Origin: Rhina ancylostomus
Lineage: Eukaryota
Length of the DNA: 64,000 nt
Reading direction: 5' to 3'
Assembly (NCBI GenBank): GCA_030265395.1
Contig: JARFYF010000074.1
Location: 36,311,131 to 36,375,130 of the forward strand
Shown here: positions 12,480-24,500 of the stretch, piece by piece
How positions within the stretch are numbered: the first letter of the stretch is position 1
How the letters are laid out: each line of letters begins with the position of its first letter
The notes under the pieces: generated by a model
The model's database searches: none
What the model was told of the DNA's origin: nothing
What the model saw: only the letters and a program-made list of their open reading frames with translations
Program-made: the position numbers and the translations under genes

Positions 12480-12880
12480 ACTTTTCTCTCAGGTAAAGAA
12501 GGCCAAATGCCGACCTAATTAAGGTCTTTAAAATTAGGAAAACTTTGATGGAGTGGATACAGAGGGAATGATTTTACTTGTGTTGAAGAAGATAACCTGA
12601 GATAGTCAGTAAAGGACAGTCACCAAAGGAACCAGCAGGGAATTCAGAAGAAACTTCTTTACTCAGAGTGGTGAGAGTGTGAAATTTTATTATCACAGGG
12701 GGTGACTGAAGCAAATGGATACATTTAAAGGAGATTGGACAATCATCTCAGGGAGAAGAGAATAGAGGGTTATGCCAATATATTTAGATGAGGAAAAAAG
12801 GAAGAGCCTCAGATGGACTGTAAATGCCAGCATGGGCTAGTTGGGGAGAATGGCATGTTTCCGTGTCATACATCCTGTAC
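12480..12880 (+). mobile_element. CR1 LINE 3' fragment
   Basis: GACCTAATTAAGGTCTTTAAAATT (DLIKVFKI) and GAAACTTCTTTACTCAGAGTGGTGAG (FFTQRVV-like), followed by a 3' UTR. Confidence 0.75.
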
Positions 12881-12949
12881 GATATTCCATGTGTAATGAA
12901 CAATAATCCACTGTCCAATTATTTGGAAGTCCTGATGGGTCAACATCTG

Positions 12950-13435
12950 GCTCACAGGGGCCACATTTCCCACTCTCCCTCTAAACTTACCAGGGCCACA
13001 TTTCCTATGATCCCTTTAAACTTATGGGCCCCATTTCCCATACTCCCTTCAAACACACTGGAGCCCCTTTCCCACACACCCTTTTAACTTGCAGGGTCCC
13101 ATTTCTTCTGGTCCCTCTAAACTCACCAGGATTTGTTCCTGTGCTTCTGTTCAACTCCTCAGGCCCGGTTTCTACTCCCTTCAAACTCACCAGGATCCAG
13201 CTTCCCTGCTCCCTCTAAATTCACCAGACTCATTTTGGTGCTTCTGTTAAGCTCACTGGGGTCCCATTTCCAGCACTGCCTTTAAAATCACTGTGGCCCC
13301 AATTCCTGTACTGCTTTTAAACTCATTTGGATCTACTTTTCCCATACTCCCTATAAACCACCGTGGGCTGGGTTCCTGCTTTCCCTTTAAATTCACCTGT
13401 TTCTGATTCCCACGCTTCCTTTAAATTCACCTAGT
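12950..13435 (+). repeat. Diverged minisatellite, ~33-35-bp unit, about 14 copies
   Basis: Approximate consensus AAACTCACCAGGGCCCCATTTCCCATACTCCCTTT, repeated head-to-tail without unique spacers. Confidence 0.85.
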
Positions 13436-13458
13436 TCACTGGAAAATGTATTATGCCA

Positions 13459-13584
13459 CAGTATAATTTCTGAAAAACAAAGGGAATTATTGTGGTATTT
13501 AGTAGGAATAACGTTCCATAGTTCAGAAAATCTGTCAGTCCGGCACCAAAGCACTTAGGGTGCCAGGTTGTCGGAGTTTTACTG
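13459..13584. mobile_element. Short Tigger-like MITE remnant
   Basis: The right end TGCCAGGTTGTCGGAGTTTTACTG|TA reads CAGTAAAACTCCGACAACC on the minus strand. The left end CAGTATAATTTCTGA is degenerate. Confidence 0.5.
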
Positions 13585-13611
13585 TAGATGGCCCACGGCA
13601 ATAAATAATCT

Positions 13612-13797
13612 AGACACAAACTGCAGATGCTGGAATCTGGAGTAACAAACAATCTGCTGGAAAAACTCAGTGGGTCAAGCAGCATCTGTGGAAGAAAGGA
13701 AAGGTCTTGATGCAGGGTTTTGACACGAAACATCAACAATGCCTTTCCTCTCACATATGCTGTTTGACCTGCTGAGTTCTAGCATATTGTTTGTTGC
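13612..13797. mobile_element. Palindromic Penelope-derived element with a central decayed hammerhead motif
   Basis: Arms AACAAACAATCTGCTGG..AACTCAGTGGGTCAAGCAGCATCTGTG and CACATATGCTGTTTGACCTGCTGAGTTCTAGCATATTGTTTGTT are inverted repeats. The centre at 13703-13738 reads GGTC-TTGATGC-AGGGTTTTGACAC-GAAAC-ATC-AAC. Confidence 0.8.
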
Positions 13798-15582
13798 AAT
13801 AGATAATCTCTTTACTTTAAAGCAAAGACTTCTTTATAGTTTCACCACTTGGAGGTCAATTAATATTTTCTGTTACTTCCAGCCCTTTTTATGTATTTAT
13901 ATTTGAAGAGGAATTGCCAGCTGTCAAACAGACTATGGCAACTTGGTTTCTGGATACAGGAAATTGTAAGAACATGTCCTATTGAAACTAGGTTTATTTG
14001 AACACCCTATCTGACCCAGGCAGTGGAATTCTGTTTTGTCTATGACTGTGGCTGGCTAAAGCCAATCTTTAAATCAGGTTCTAATTTTATATTTTAATTC
14101 ATGTTTACGAAGCAACTGATTAGAATAAAAATATTCCTGGATATAGACAAACATTTCTTCCATCTGTTTCCGTTATTCCCTTAATGTCTTGTAACATTAA
14201 GACTCAATGTCCCAGTGTCATTTCTCAGTGAATATTCTTAGAGCAGAGAGATCACAGATTTGGTTACTAGTCTGCAACTAGTTAGCTGAAGCAATGTTCC
14301 CATTAAATTATTACCTTTGGGTTGGGAGAAGAAAAATCAAGCAGGTTGTCTACACATAGTTACTGATTACCATCTCTTGCTGGATGTATCATGAGACAGA
14401 TGAATCCAAGGTCAGTGTATTGATTATTGAGTTAAGTCAAAATACATCTCAAGTCTCCAGAGAAGAATATGATGACCATGGACCTAGTATGAACTATTTG
14501 ATACCATTACATATACCATTTACAGTACTTAATAATGTATCATGTTCATCCTTTATTTGGACAAACAACCAAGGCATAAAGATGTTAACCCTGAAAATTC
14601 ATTAAAGCTGCATAAAATGCACCACAGAAATAGTTGTAACTTGACCTTCTTCGATTGAAGTTCTTCAGACGGCTGCTGAAGTAAATCACACAGATAATAA
14701 CATTACATCAGACATGTAACAGTCTTTGAAAAACAAAATAAAAGGGTCTTCTACAGTTTTGTATTTGTTTTCATTTAATTGATGTTTTTACTTTTTAAAA
14801 AAGTTCCTTGCGTGTGGTCCAACAGGCAATATTAGTGCAGTGCACCCAAGTGCAAAAGATATCTGCCCAAAGCTTCACTCTTCTACAAAATTATTTTCCA
14901 ATTTCTCCTGAAACATTTCATTGTTATTTGGATGAGCAATATATAGCCTCAGATACTTCAATCAAATAGCCACTCAGCATGGATGATTCTACCCTTTCTA
15001 TATGCTTGGGTCCAAATGTGGTCTCGCCCAACACAAGTGCAAGAGCCAGTGACTAGTTTATAATTTTTGCTTCTCCATAATCCACTTTGCTGAAGTTGTA
15101 ATGTCCTTGGTAACATTGGCAATGGAATGAATCTGGGATCTTGATGCTGCAGTCGATTTATCTGTTGAGTTATCAGGCAACTCTGCAAAATCCTGATTTA
15201 AAAATATTTACATTTTAAATGTAGCATGGAGAAAAAGCCAAAGAAAATCTACCTTAGACTTCAAAGCTAGCACATCAATGAACGTTGGTTCCTGGACAGT
15301 CTGTTGTCACGTACATCAAAGCTGTTATAAGAAGTTTCTGTTCCCACCACCTCCCTAATTAGTATGCCCTTGTAGGATAGATGCAGTTACTTTATTCAGA
15401 TAGTTACAGTTTCTTTATAATGCAGTATGAAATGCTATCACCAGTTCAACGTAATGTTGAATATCTGCTTGGATTGAATCTTTGAATCAAGCAGATTGCA
15501 AACTATTTGTAAATTGTTTTTAATTCACTGGATGGAATCCTTAATTATTATTTATTTTCAAAAGAGAATAGTAGATGAAAAG

Positions 15583-15712
15583 TGAAAAACTGCAGATACT
15601 GAATATCGAAAATAAAAACAAAGTGAGCTGGAAATACTTAGTAGGTCAGGTAGCATCCATGCAGAGAGAACTGTAGGCAATGGTTCAGGTTGATGACCTT
15701 TCAAAAGAGTTG
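15583..15712 (-). mobile_element. Solo Penelope-type terminal repeat
   Basis: AAAACTGCAGATACTG..GCTGGAAATACTTAGTAGGTCAGGTAGCATCC..TTCAGGTTGATGACCTTTCA. The hammerhead core is mutated. Confidence 0.75.
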
Positions 15713-15779
15713 GAATAATAGATGACTCCTTTTGTAGAGGATAAATAATGTAATCTCCATCATAGATGTCAGATCTTCA

Positions 15780-16330
15780 GGACTTGCATGCACATCTGGG
15801 CTTCCTGAGGAGTTTGCTGGAAATTTACGAATTATACTGTAACGCTGGATGCCTCAAGTCTAGTAGCAATTGCGCAGAACATATACAGGGGAATTGCCCA
15901 TTTCAACCTATGCCAGGTTAGAGCCAGGGTGGAAACAGCAACTCCATTCATTTCAATGGATGATTGGTTATGAAGGTCCAAGACATATCAGATGATGTTC
16001 TTACATTGATTGAGCTTATTTCAATAGTTTTAATTTGTTTATTTTTACATTTTTAGTAGTTTATATTTTATTATAATAGTTTGATTAATTTCTAATTTAG
16101 TTTATAATTGCTTTTGAAAGTTTTGATAGCTTACTAAGGTTGTGTCCATGACCGAGCTGGCAGTCAAAGCCTTTTGTGGCGATTTTACAGGTGGGGTTTG
16201 TTCTGGCTCCACTGTGTGATCTTATTTGTATTTGGTAGGTCTTGCATTGTGCATGGCCTTGGAAATAAGAATTGAGATACCTTTTGAAAGGAATTTCTCA
16301 TCAGTAAAGCTTGCAGAATGCGTGAACAGC
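15780..16330 (+). repeat. Unclassified old interspersed repeat, copy B
   Basis: TGCCCATTTCAACCTATGCCAGGTTAGAGCC..CCATTCATTTCAATGGA followed by a T-rich tract, as in copy A. Confidence 0.55.
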
Positions 16331-17769
16331 AAACTTGGGCAGATTATGTGGATGCCAGACTGTTGTGGCCCGTGAGTTCTGAGTGTCTTTTGCTGCAAGA
16401 ATCATGAAGTATTTTGGTGAGATGAATAATTAATGTTTCTGACTCATGATGCATATGAAGGAAAATTCACAGTTCAGAGTTATTGTACAGTCCACAGAGA
16501 GAAAAAAAATGTTTGGTGGGTTACTGGCTAATCACAGGTCCAAGCAGTTATACATTGAGGGATCATTGGTATATCACTGGGAGAATGTAATTACCATGTA
16601 CCAGCCTCTAAACCCAGAATGGCCTAATTCTACTCCTATATCTTATAATCTTATGATAAGTGACTAAATAAACCTTCCCTGATTCACCAGAGGCAGTATG
16701 TACTATGTATGATAAAGCCGCCTTCTTGCATATTTTGTATGCATGAATATTTAGTAAGGAGCAGCACTGTTCCAGGTATTCTGCATGGTTTTGCTGGCCC
16801 TGCATACTTTGTCTGATACAGCACTCTTCCTGAAGATTCTGCATGATATGGCACATCCCTGTGTTTACGGACCAATATTCAGCACCAACAGTATTTATAG
16901 AGCACACCCTTCATATGGTCACAAATAAATAAGCGAAAGATTTTTATTGTCTCCTTTATATAAAACCAAAGCTCAAAGCCTTCATTGCTAAAAGCTTTGA
17001 ATAAATAAGCTGATGACAAAAATGACTGGGAAGACTCAGTGCATAAAGAAGCTTGCTATATTTGTTGCAGTTTCTGCAAAATGTTCTTCACAAAGCCCGG
17101 GTCTGCGCAGTAGTGGGGTTTTCAGACTGCTGACATGAAGATCTGCCTGCTCCCTTTTCTAACGGACCCACAAGAATTGTTGAAAACTTCTAAGGAACCT
17201 GCAGCCACCGTAACTTTTAAAAGTAGCAGGACTTCTTTTGACTTTTGGATGCTCGATCCAGTTGGGAACTAGGAATCACGCCTTCAGCCTGAACCCGAAA
17301 TGTTACTTCAAAACATTTTCAGGAAGAAAGTTGCACCTGTCTCTTTCTGTCATCCATAAATTCTGTTTGTCAGTCAAACCATTCAAAGCCTCCTCCATAT
17401 TCCAGTCAAACTAGTAAGATGTAAATGTGACTTGACTGTCTGTCCTCTGTAAGTTTACTTTTAGAGTGGTTCAAAAGTCTTTCACAGCCAAGCCAAATCT
17501 CCCAGGATGCAGAAAATGTTTCAGCTGTGCCTCAGTGTAGAACGTATACTACCAGTCGCAAGAATCATTTTGCTTTGTTTGCATAAACTTCTCTCAATGC
17601 ATTACCCAAGTTAACTAAATTGTGAATTTTGGAATATAATTTAAAGCATATAAAAGCTTACATTGTACCCTATATAGATTCTCCAAGATTTTAATGAGTT
17701 ATCTTTTGGCATTGTTCTACATTGGCTGCACACTGTGACTCTGAAATACCCAGCTTTAGCCTTCTAAAG

Positions 17770-18010
17770 AAATACCCATGGATAATCCTCGGCAACTTGA
17801 CACCAGGACTAAAAAGAAGTGGCCACCTGCTCCTCAAGTGGAAGAGCCCAAATTGTGATGGTGGACACCATCACCCGCATAGTGAACTCCTGCACTGAGA
17901 GATCCATTTCTGGTGGCACCACAATCATTCACACTGCCTCGTCTGCAGCTGTTGAGTGGATTGCTAACCTTGACATCAAACTGTGCCTGTTTCCTCAGCC
18001 ATATAAATGT
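17770..18010 (+). mobile_element. 3' end of a Vingi/Ingi-like non-LTR retrotransposon
   Basis: ORF 17819-18055 contains TITRIVNSCTERSISGGTTIIHTASSAAVEWIANLDIKL, fitting the recalled Vingi C-terminal pattern T..HIV..C..R...GG...IH.A...A..W..NLDI.L. It ends in CCATATAAA. Confidence 0.55.
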
Positions 18011-18499
18011 TTATACTTATACAAGATGTACACACTGGGCTGTGTTACCACATAGTGAAAATAATTATAAATGGTGTTGTAGGAAAACCAGTTCAAAATA
18101 GTCTCTGTGAAATCTGTGGATGTCTGAGTCTGATTGCACTTCCACCTCATGCATTATATGTAATTAGCAGCTAAAATGGTATTTACAGGGTATCGGTCCA
18201 TCCAGGTGTGTACATAGCAAGACAACACAAGGAAGTGTATTCATCAAAATCCAGCATTGTACACATTTAGATTTTTTTTATCTTGAGAAAAACAGCTACT
18301 CCCAGTGTTTCAAAAACTGAGACACGTTTTGATTTTTACGATCCAGGTGACAGTGTAATTGAAGCATTATTGCTAAATATTTGCTGTGAATCAATCTTCA
18401 CAGTAGACAAAGAGGTTAAAGTGCCAGATTCAAGAAAAAGTTATCAAAAACATAGAGCTAGTGGGAGAACTTCCTAAATGTAGTTTATTTAGGAAAAAA

Positions 18500-18755
18500 A
18501 AGAAATATAATACCATACTAAAGACAGATAAATCTCCAAATCCTGTTAGTTAAAATGGTAGGTGAGGAAATTGTAGATACTCTATTCATGTTCTTACAAA
18601 ATTCTCTCAATATTGCAATTGGCCCCTTAGAGAAGGAAAATTACCAGTGTCACGGTGTTATTTAAGAAGGGTATGAGCAATAAACCAGGAAATTATAGGC
18701 TTTTTAATCTCCTGCCTATTCCAGGGAAGTTAATAAAATCTATTATTAGTGGCAG
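18500..18755 (+). mobile_element. CR1 ORF2 fragment (N-terminal part of RT)
   Basis: Encodes LFKKG..NKPGNYR..NLLPIPGKLIKSII and runs into a gap. Confidence 0.85.
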
Positions 18756-19619
18756 NNNNNNNNNNNNNNNNNNNNNNNNNNNNNNNNNNNNNNNNNNNNN
18801 NNNNNNNNNNNNNNNNNNNNNNNNNNNNNNNNNNNNNNNNNNNNNNNNNNNNNNNCCACTAGTACTAAAATATCTTCCCTGAAGCCTTTTAATGTTCAGG
18901 GTCCATTCAAATAATAGAACATTGCATAAAGAAGCTTAAAAATGTCGTGCCACAATTTGAATTTTATAGTTTGAGTAAGGATTTCAAAATGAGTATTAAT
19001 GTTACTTAAACAGATTACATTTGCACTGATATTCATGTGCATATTCCTGATGTATCATTACCTTTTTATTAAATTTCTGAATACTTTGACAGTTTTTCAG
19101 AGGTTCTTTGATTATTACCCAGTCTGGAAAGATGAAGCACAAAGCCAAAAGGAAGTTTTTCCTTAGGAACACAATTATATCAAGTAGAAATATTTGTCAG
19201 ATTTACTGCTGATTTGCTGGTGACATTCTAGATTCTGACATTAAAAATTTTGAGCTATCAACAATGCTTTCTTGCGTGTGGACACTGAGAAATAGTGCGA
19301 TTAACTCTGTTCCTTTCAAATGGGAAAGCTATGATGATTGTTAATCAGATTTAGACNNNNNNNNNNNNNNNNNNNNNNNNNNNNNNNNNNNNNNNNNNNN
19401 NNNNNNNNNNNNNNNNNNNNNNNNNNNNNNNNNNNNNNNNNNNNNNNNNNNNNNNNNNNNNNNNNNNNNNNNNNNNNNNNNNNNNNNNNNNNNNNNNNNN
19501 NNNNNNNNNNNNNNNNNNNNNNNNNNNNNNNNNNNNNNNNNNNNNNNNNNNNNNNNNNNNNNNNNNNNNNNNNNNNNNNNNNNNNNNNNNNNNNNNNNNN
19601 NNNNNNNTGAACACCTGTC

Positions 19620-20130
19620 TTAGGAATGAGTGTCTGGGAGACAAGTGGGATGGATTTCCCAGCTGCTGCAGGACTGCGGACAACTTCTTCTGTGTGGGAA
19701 CTCAGTTCACGGCCGCATTTCTGCCACGCAAACTGTTTGGGTTATAACAGTTAAAAATATTTAAAATCCTTGCTGCCAACAATTAAAATAAATGTAACTT
19801 AACTTTCCTTAGTGCAGCTGTAAAAAAACTCCAATGAAATGAATGAGCTAGTGGATCCTGGGCCAGGCTTAACCTGGTACAAGATCCATAAGAAGATTCC
19901 CCAGCATAAGCAATGTTACATAGCCATAGAGCAAACCGACAAATTCCCATTAGGAATCTGTCACTGAGTTTGAGGTTTCCATATGTGGATACACATGTAC
20001 CAGCCCTGAATTTACTTGCATTTACACAAGCGAATGCCATCAGTTTGTTGTGGAACTCCCAGCTCTTACCTGCAAGATTGTGTAACATTCAGCATGGTCC
20101 TGAGTAATTATTTTGTTGTGCACTGGAATT
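19620..20130 (-). repeat. Unclassified old interspersed repeat, copy C (inverted)
   Basis: The minus strand reads GGGGAAT..TGTACCAGGTTAAGCC..CTCATTCATTTCATTGGA and aligns with copy B. Confidence 0.5.
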
Positions 20131-21539
20131 TCTCTTCTGATCCCTCAAGACAAAATGGCATTTGCAATAAATCCAAATTGCTGGTTATCTGACACACAAC
20201 TTTGTCAGTGCATGAATGACTGATTGTGGTTTCATGCTAAGAATGTACTTCAAATGGAACAGGACCTTGTATACTCTGGCTTGAGACAGCAGCCTGGATC
20301 CTATAGACTGTGAATAAGTCAAAGTTTCAGTTTAATCTAGACCAGTTAATTTATGGTAATTGGCTTTTTGGCCATTGTAATTTTGCTCGAGGTGGGAACA
20401 TTATTGGGAATTTAGCGGTAGGATGGTGATACAGATAGAGAATGAATTTATTTTGCTACAAATTATTTCTGCTTTTGGGCAAAGAGTCATATACTCCGAA
20501 GGGTAAAAGGGAAAATGTTATTTCCATAAATTGTGATTGTAACAGAGAACACACCAGTGAAAGACTAATAGCTTCATGCTATGGTTTAGTGACAAGTATT
20601 TTGAATATGAGGATAAAACATGATAGCATCTTATTAATGGAATAATTGCCCTGTAGAGTACAATAGCACATAGCTAACTGGAATCTAATATAAAATTCAG
20701 AGGACTCCTAATCCAATCAATATTTCTTTTAAATATCAGAAAGAACATCCTCCAGTGTTGCAATTTTAACTCAGACCCATTTCACAGTGACAGTCTTATC
20801 TTTTTCATACCTGAAAAGTGTCACAGCCTGCCACAGCATCATTTTCATTCTCTGGAGGAACTTAATTTGTCAGTTCAAAAAATGTAGTGACCATGGCATA
20901 TTTTTTTTAAAAACTTCCAACTTTTATTCAGGAAACAATATTATAATTAATGAAAATCACAAAAAAAGCTGTGGATGTTGGAAATCTGAAAAAGTCTGTG
21001 TGAGAGAGAGAGAGAGATGCAAGTTAGTTTTCAGTAGGAGAGAGGGTGGGGTATGTAGAACAAAGGGAATCCCTATGATAGGATTTCAAAGTAAGTCATT
21101 TCAATTCATCATATCGCAGACATTCCCTTTATTCTCCACATCCTTCCTCCACTTTCTCTCCTACAGAAACATGGATTTAACAATTAGCCTCACATTTCCC
21201 TTCAAGGAAACTGTGCAGAAAGTGTCAGTAAAGTGTTTTAGGAAACGTTCAGCATTCTTGGATTGCTTCAAAGAGAAGGTAAGCATTTTACTAGTCAGAA
21301 ATGCAGGATATGTCATTAACTTTCTATCTGCTGAAATGGAAGATTTGGTGGTTAGCAGTTTTAACAATGTGGTATTTCCTTTCATGCTAATTTTATGTTG
21401 ATTTGCTGGGAGTTTTGATTAGTGCATACAGTGGTTTCCTGATGCCTTAGAAAAAGGAAATCCAAGGAAGTTGTTATTCACTAAATGCTTCTTCAGCAAT
21501 GCACTAAGGCACAGCAGTGGTTCTTGCCACATTCCAACC

Positions 21540-21765
21540 AGGACCCCCAGATTCTACCACTCACCTACCCCCCTGGGGATTATTTGCAGTCGCCAATTAA
21601 TCTACCAACATTATTGGTATATGGGTAGAAACTGGAGCACCTGGAGGAAACCCACACTGTCACAGGGGAATGTGCAAACTCCACACAGTACCAGAAGTCA
21701 GAATTGAACTGGGGTTGATGGAGCTGTGAGGTGACATCACTATTAGCTGCACCACCATACCACCC
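21540..21765 (-). mobile_element. tRNA-derived V-SINE (HE1-like)
   Basis: GAAACTGGAGCACCTGGAGGAAACCCACA..GGGGAATGTGCAAACTCCACAC is the V-domain reverse complement. GAATTGAAC is a B-box remnant. Confidence 0.85.
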
Positions 21766-21829
21766 TAAAGTACTTCCAGCATTTTCTGGTTTTGGATTTC
21801 CAGTATTTAGGTTTTTTTTATTGCTCCTT

Positions 21830-22700
21830 TCAATATCTACCTCTCAAGCTTCCATGGAATTTGTTATTGTTTTCTTAATATCACATCCCATTCTGCTAAA
21901 CTACCAATGACAATAGACCCAAATAGTTCAACAGTAACCTCATAAGACAACCACATCATCCCAGGAATTGAACTACTACTTCTTCTTTGAATTGCCTTCA
22001 AAGAATGTACTTTCTTCCTTGAATAAGGAGATTGAAACAATATGCATTGCTCCTGGTGTGTTCTCATCAGTCTCTTATACAATTGTAGTAAGACTTCCCT
22101 ACTCTTATATTCCATCTCCTTTGCAATAAAGGTCAACATTTTGTTTGTCTTTCTTAGTATTTTCTGTAGCATGCTAATATTCTGTCCTACATGCACAAAG
22201 ATACCCAGATCCTTCTGTACTTCAGCATCCTATTGTCTATCATCATTTAAACAATATTCTGCCCTTTTTTTCTACCAAGTTGAATATTTTCACATTTTCT
22301 TATACTATATTCCATCTACTATATTTTTGCCCAGCTTAATGTATCTCTCTCCCTTTGCAGACTCTTTGTGTCCTCTTCACAACTTTCCTATCTCTCTGTG
22401 TCATTGAGAAATTTGGCCAAAATGCTCTCAGTCCCTTCATCTGAGTGAATAATATAAATAGTTAATGTCCCAGTACTGATCCCTCTTGCACCCCACTAGT
22501 TACAGCTTGCCATCCTGAAAATGATCAGTGTTTTCTGTTAGTTCACCAATCCTCAGTCTGTGCTAACATATTACTGTGAACGCCATGAACTCTTACCTTG
22601 TGCAGTAACCTTATACGTAACACTTTTCAAAATGCCTTCTGCAAATCCAAAAACACTGCATTAACCAGTTCCCCCACATTCACCATGCCTGTTACATGTT
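21830..22700 (-). mobile_element. CR1 ORF2 fragment
   Basis: The minus ORF 21864-22196 encodes FIAKEMEYKSREVLLQLYKRLMR..Q..SPY..K..LKAIQRR. Upstream sequence matches the SGVQEGSVLG and AFEK RT motifs. Confidence 0.85.
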
Positions 22701-23552
22701 TGTTAACTTTAATCTGTGGGTCAATATTGCACATTGTACACAGAGCTGAGGACCTGTAATTCATTCTCCTGGTTTGTCTGGCAATTTGAATTCCATGTAT
22801 TGTATGTTACATTCTTTCCTGTGACTGTACATATTTTTTCGACATGATTACAATGTTTTGTTCTACATTATATTAATCATACAACATTGTAATTGTATAG
22901 TGAATATACTTTAAATATCTCCTGAAATGTAACAAATTTGCATTTGCAATGTCATTTTAAAAATGCATCATTGCCCAAGCAATAAAACAACAAAAAAATG
23001 TCAACTAATAGTTTTGATCCAGTGGAGATTTTCGCATTTTTAAGTTTGTAGGTGCTTACATGAGCTTACATTTGCATCTTACAATATATTAGCAAAAGCG
23101 CACAGGGAAGATAAAACAGAGTGCAATGTATGTTATAGGTTGTGAAACATGATTATTTTAAAGCTCTTATTACTTTAGCAATTGTGTCATGTGACTAACT
23201 GCTCTTTTTGCTGTAATAGTGTTTATAGAAAGTTTCAGGGAGCTCATCAGTGAGGACCTTGAATAATGAGAATGCACTTTGTTTTGAGCTCCTTGTGTAT
23301 ATTTATCTGCAGACTCTGCAAATGGGCATTGTTTTATAAAATGCACGGAAAACACATTCCACATTGACTATGTGGAAAAAAATCACTTTATGAAAGCAGA
23401 TCACAAACCAGATATGTTAATCTTCTTTGCTGACTTTGCATTTTGAAAACCTCACTTAGGATTTTGTAATTATATTTCCACGGTGACTCTTTGAATTTTG
23501 ATGCAAAATTACAATTGGTAAATGCAGCTATACTTATTGTAACACAATATAA

Positions 23553-23596
23553 TGAAGCTTCATGAATGCTCAGAATAAAGCATTCATGAAGCTTCA
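23553..23596. repeat. Perfect inverted repeat: 18-bp stem, 8-nt loop
   Basis: TGAAGCTTCATGAATGCT-CAGAATAA-AGCATTCATGAAGCTTCA; the two arms are exact reverse complements. Confidence 0.95.
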
Positions 23597-23989
23597 GCAT
23601 CCAGAAAGATTTGAGGGTTTATTTCATTCTGTGTAGGATTACATACAAGCCTAGAAATTCTTCATCAGGGTAGATACAATAAAGCAGTGCAGTGTGGGGC
23701 ATCTTATGCCAATTTAGTGAGAGGTTCCCAGCAGCTATATTCTATTGACTTAATTTTGAAAATCTGCTAGTAGCAGACTGTTTGGAGTGGACATAATAAA
23801 AGGAAATAATTTCTGATTTTGCAGATTATGTTGATGAAACTTATACAAAATTCATGCAGATTGTTTTTGTAAGTAGCTCACTTTGGGAAGGGGACATTGA
23901 AAGGGAGTTGGATTGGGGAAATGAAATCTGCAGAAACATGATGAGAAATTGAAAATGTTTGATAAACTTGTTGACTCACAGTTTCAATA

Positions 23990-24500
23990 GCAAAAAAAAT
24001 CTGCAGATGCTGGAAATCCATAGCACGTCAGACAGCAACTGGAAAGAGAACCAGGTTAGTAACCTTTCATCAGAACTTGGAGAAGTGAGAAATCAAACAT
24101 GTTTCAGCAAGGATTAGAAGAGGAGAGAACAATGAAAACAATCAGGTGAAAACCAAGAGAAACTGTGATCATGGTGTCAGCTTAGACAGGAGATGAAGTC
24201 TTGTTAATACTGATCTGTCTAATGGAAGTGTAAGTAAAAGGAAATGAACAAGAACAGAAGAGAAAGAGGCAAAAAAGGATGTTGGAACTGTGAATTGCAA
24301 AACACTGCAGGTTTAGCAGCATTCCTGAATGAAAAGAAATCAGTTCATGTGAAAGGTTGATGACCTTTCAACAGAACAGGTCAGTGCTGATGCTGGAGAT
24401 TTGAAATATTAACAGAAAATGGGGGAAATGCTCAGCAAGTCAGAGAGAGAAACAGTGTTACTCTATTCATCAGTTTTGACTTTTCATCAGGTGCTGCTAG
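23990..24500 (-). mobile_element. Tandem array of three Penelope-type terminal repeats
   Basis: Units end in ACCTTTCATCAGAAC (about 24062-24076), GACCTTTCAACAGAAC (about 24362-24377) and GACTTTTCATCAG (about 24478-24490). Each is preceded by a GATGCTGGA or AGCAGCAT-type arm. Confidence 0.7.

Noticed and set aside
12950-13435. Regularly spaced ~34-bp motif resembling a CRISPR array
   Set aside because: The units are mutually similar along their whole length, with no unique spacers and no cas genes, in a vertebrate context.
16764-16846. Short direct repeat AGCACT.TTCC....ATTCTGCATG, two copies about 57 bp apart
   Set aside because: Only two short diverged copies; this is an ordinary local duplication.
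20787-21401. 204-aa ORF
   Set aside because: It runs through a decayed Penelope-type terminus and a (GA)n microsatellite, has F/S-rich random composition and shows no recognisable domain.
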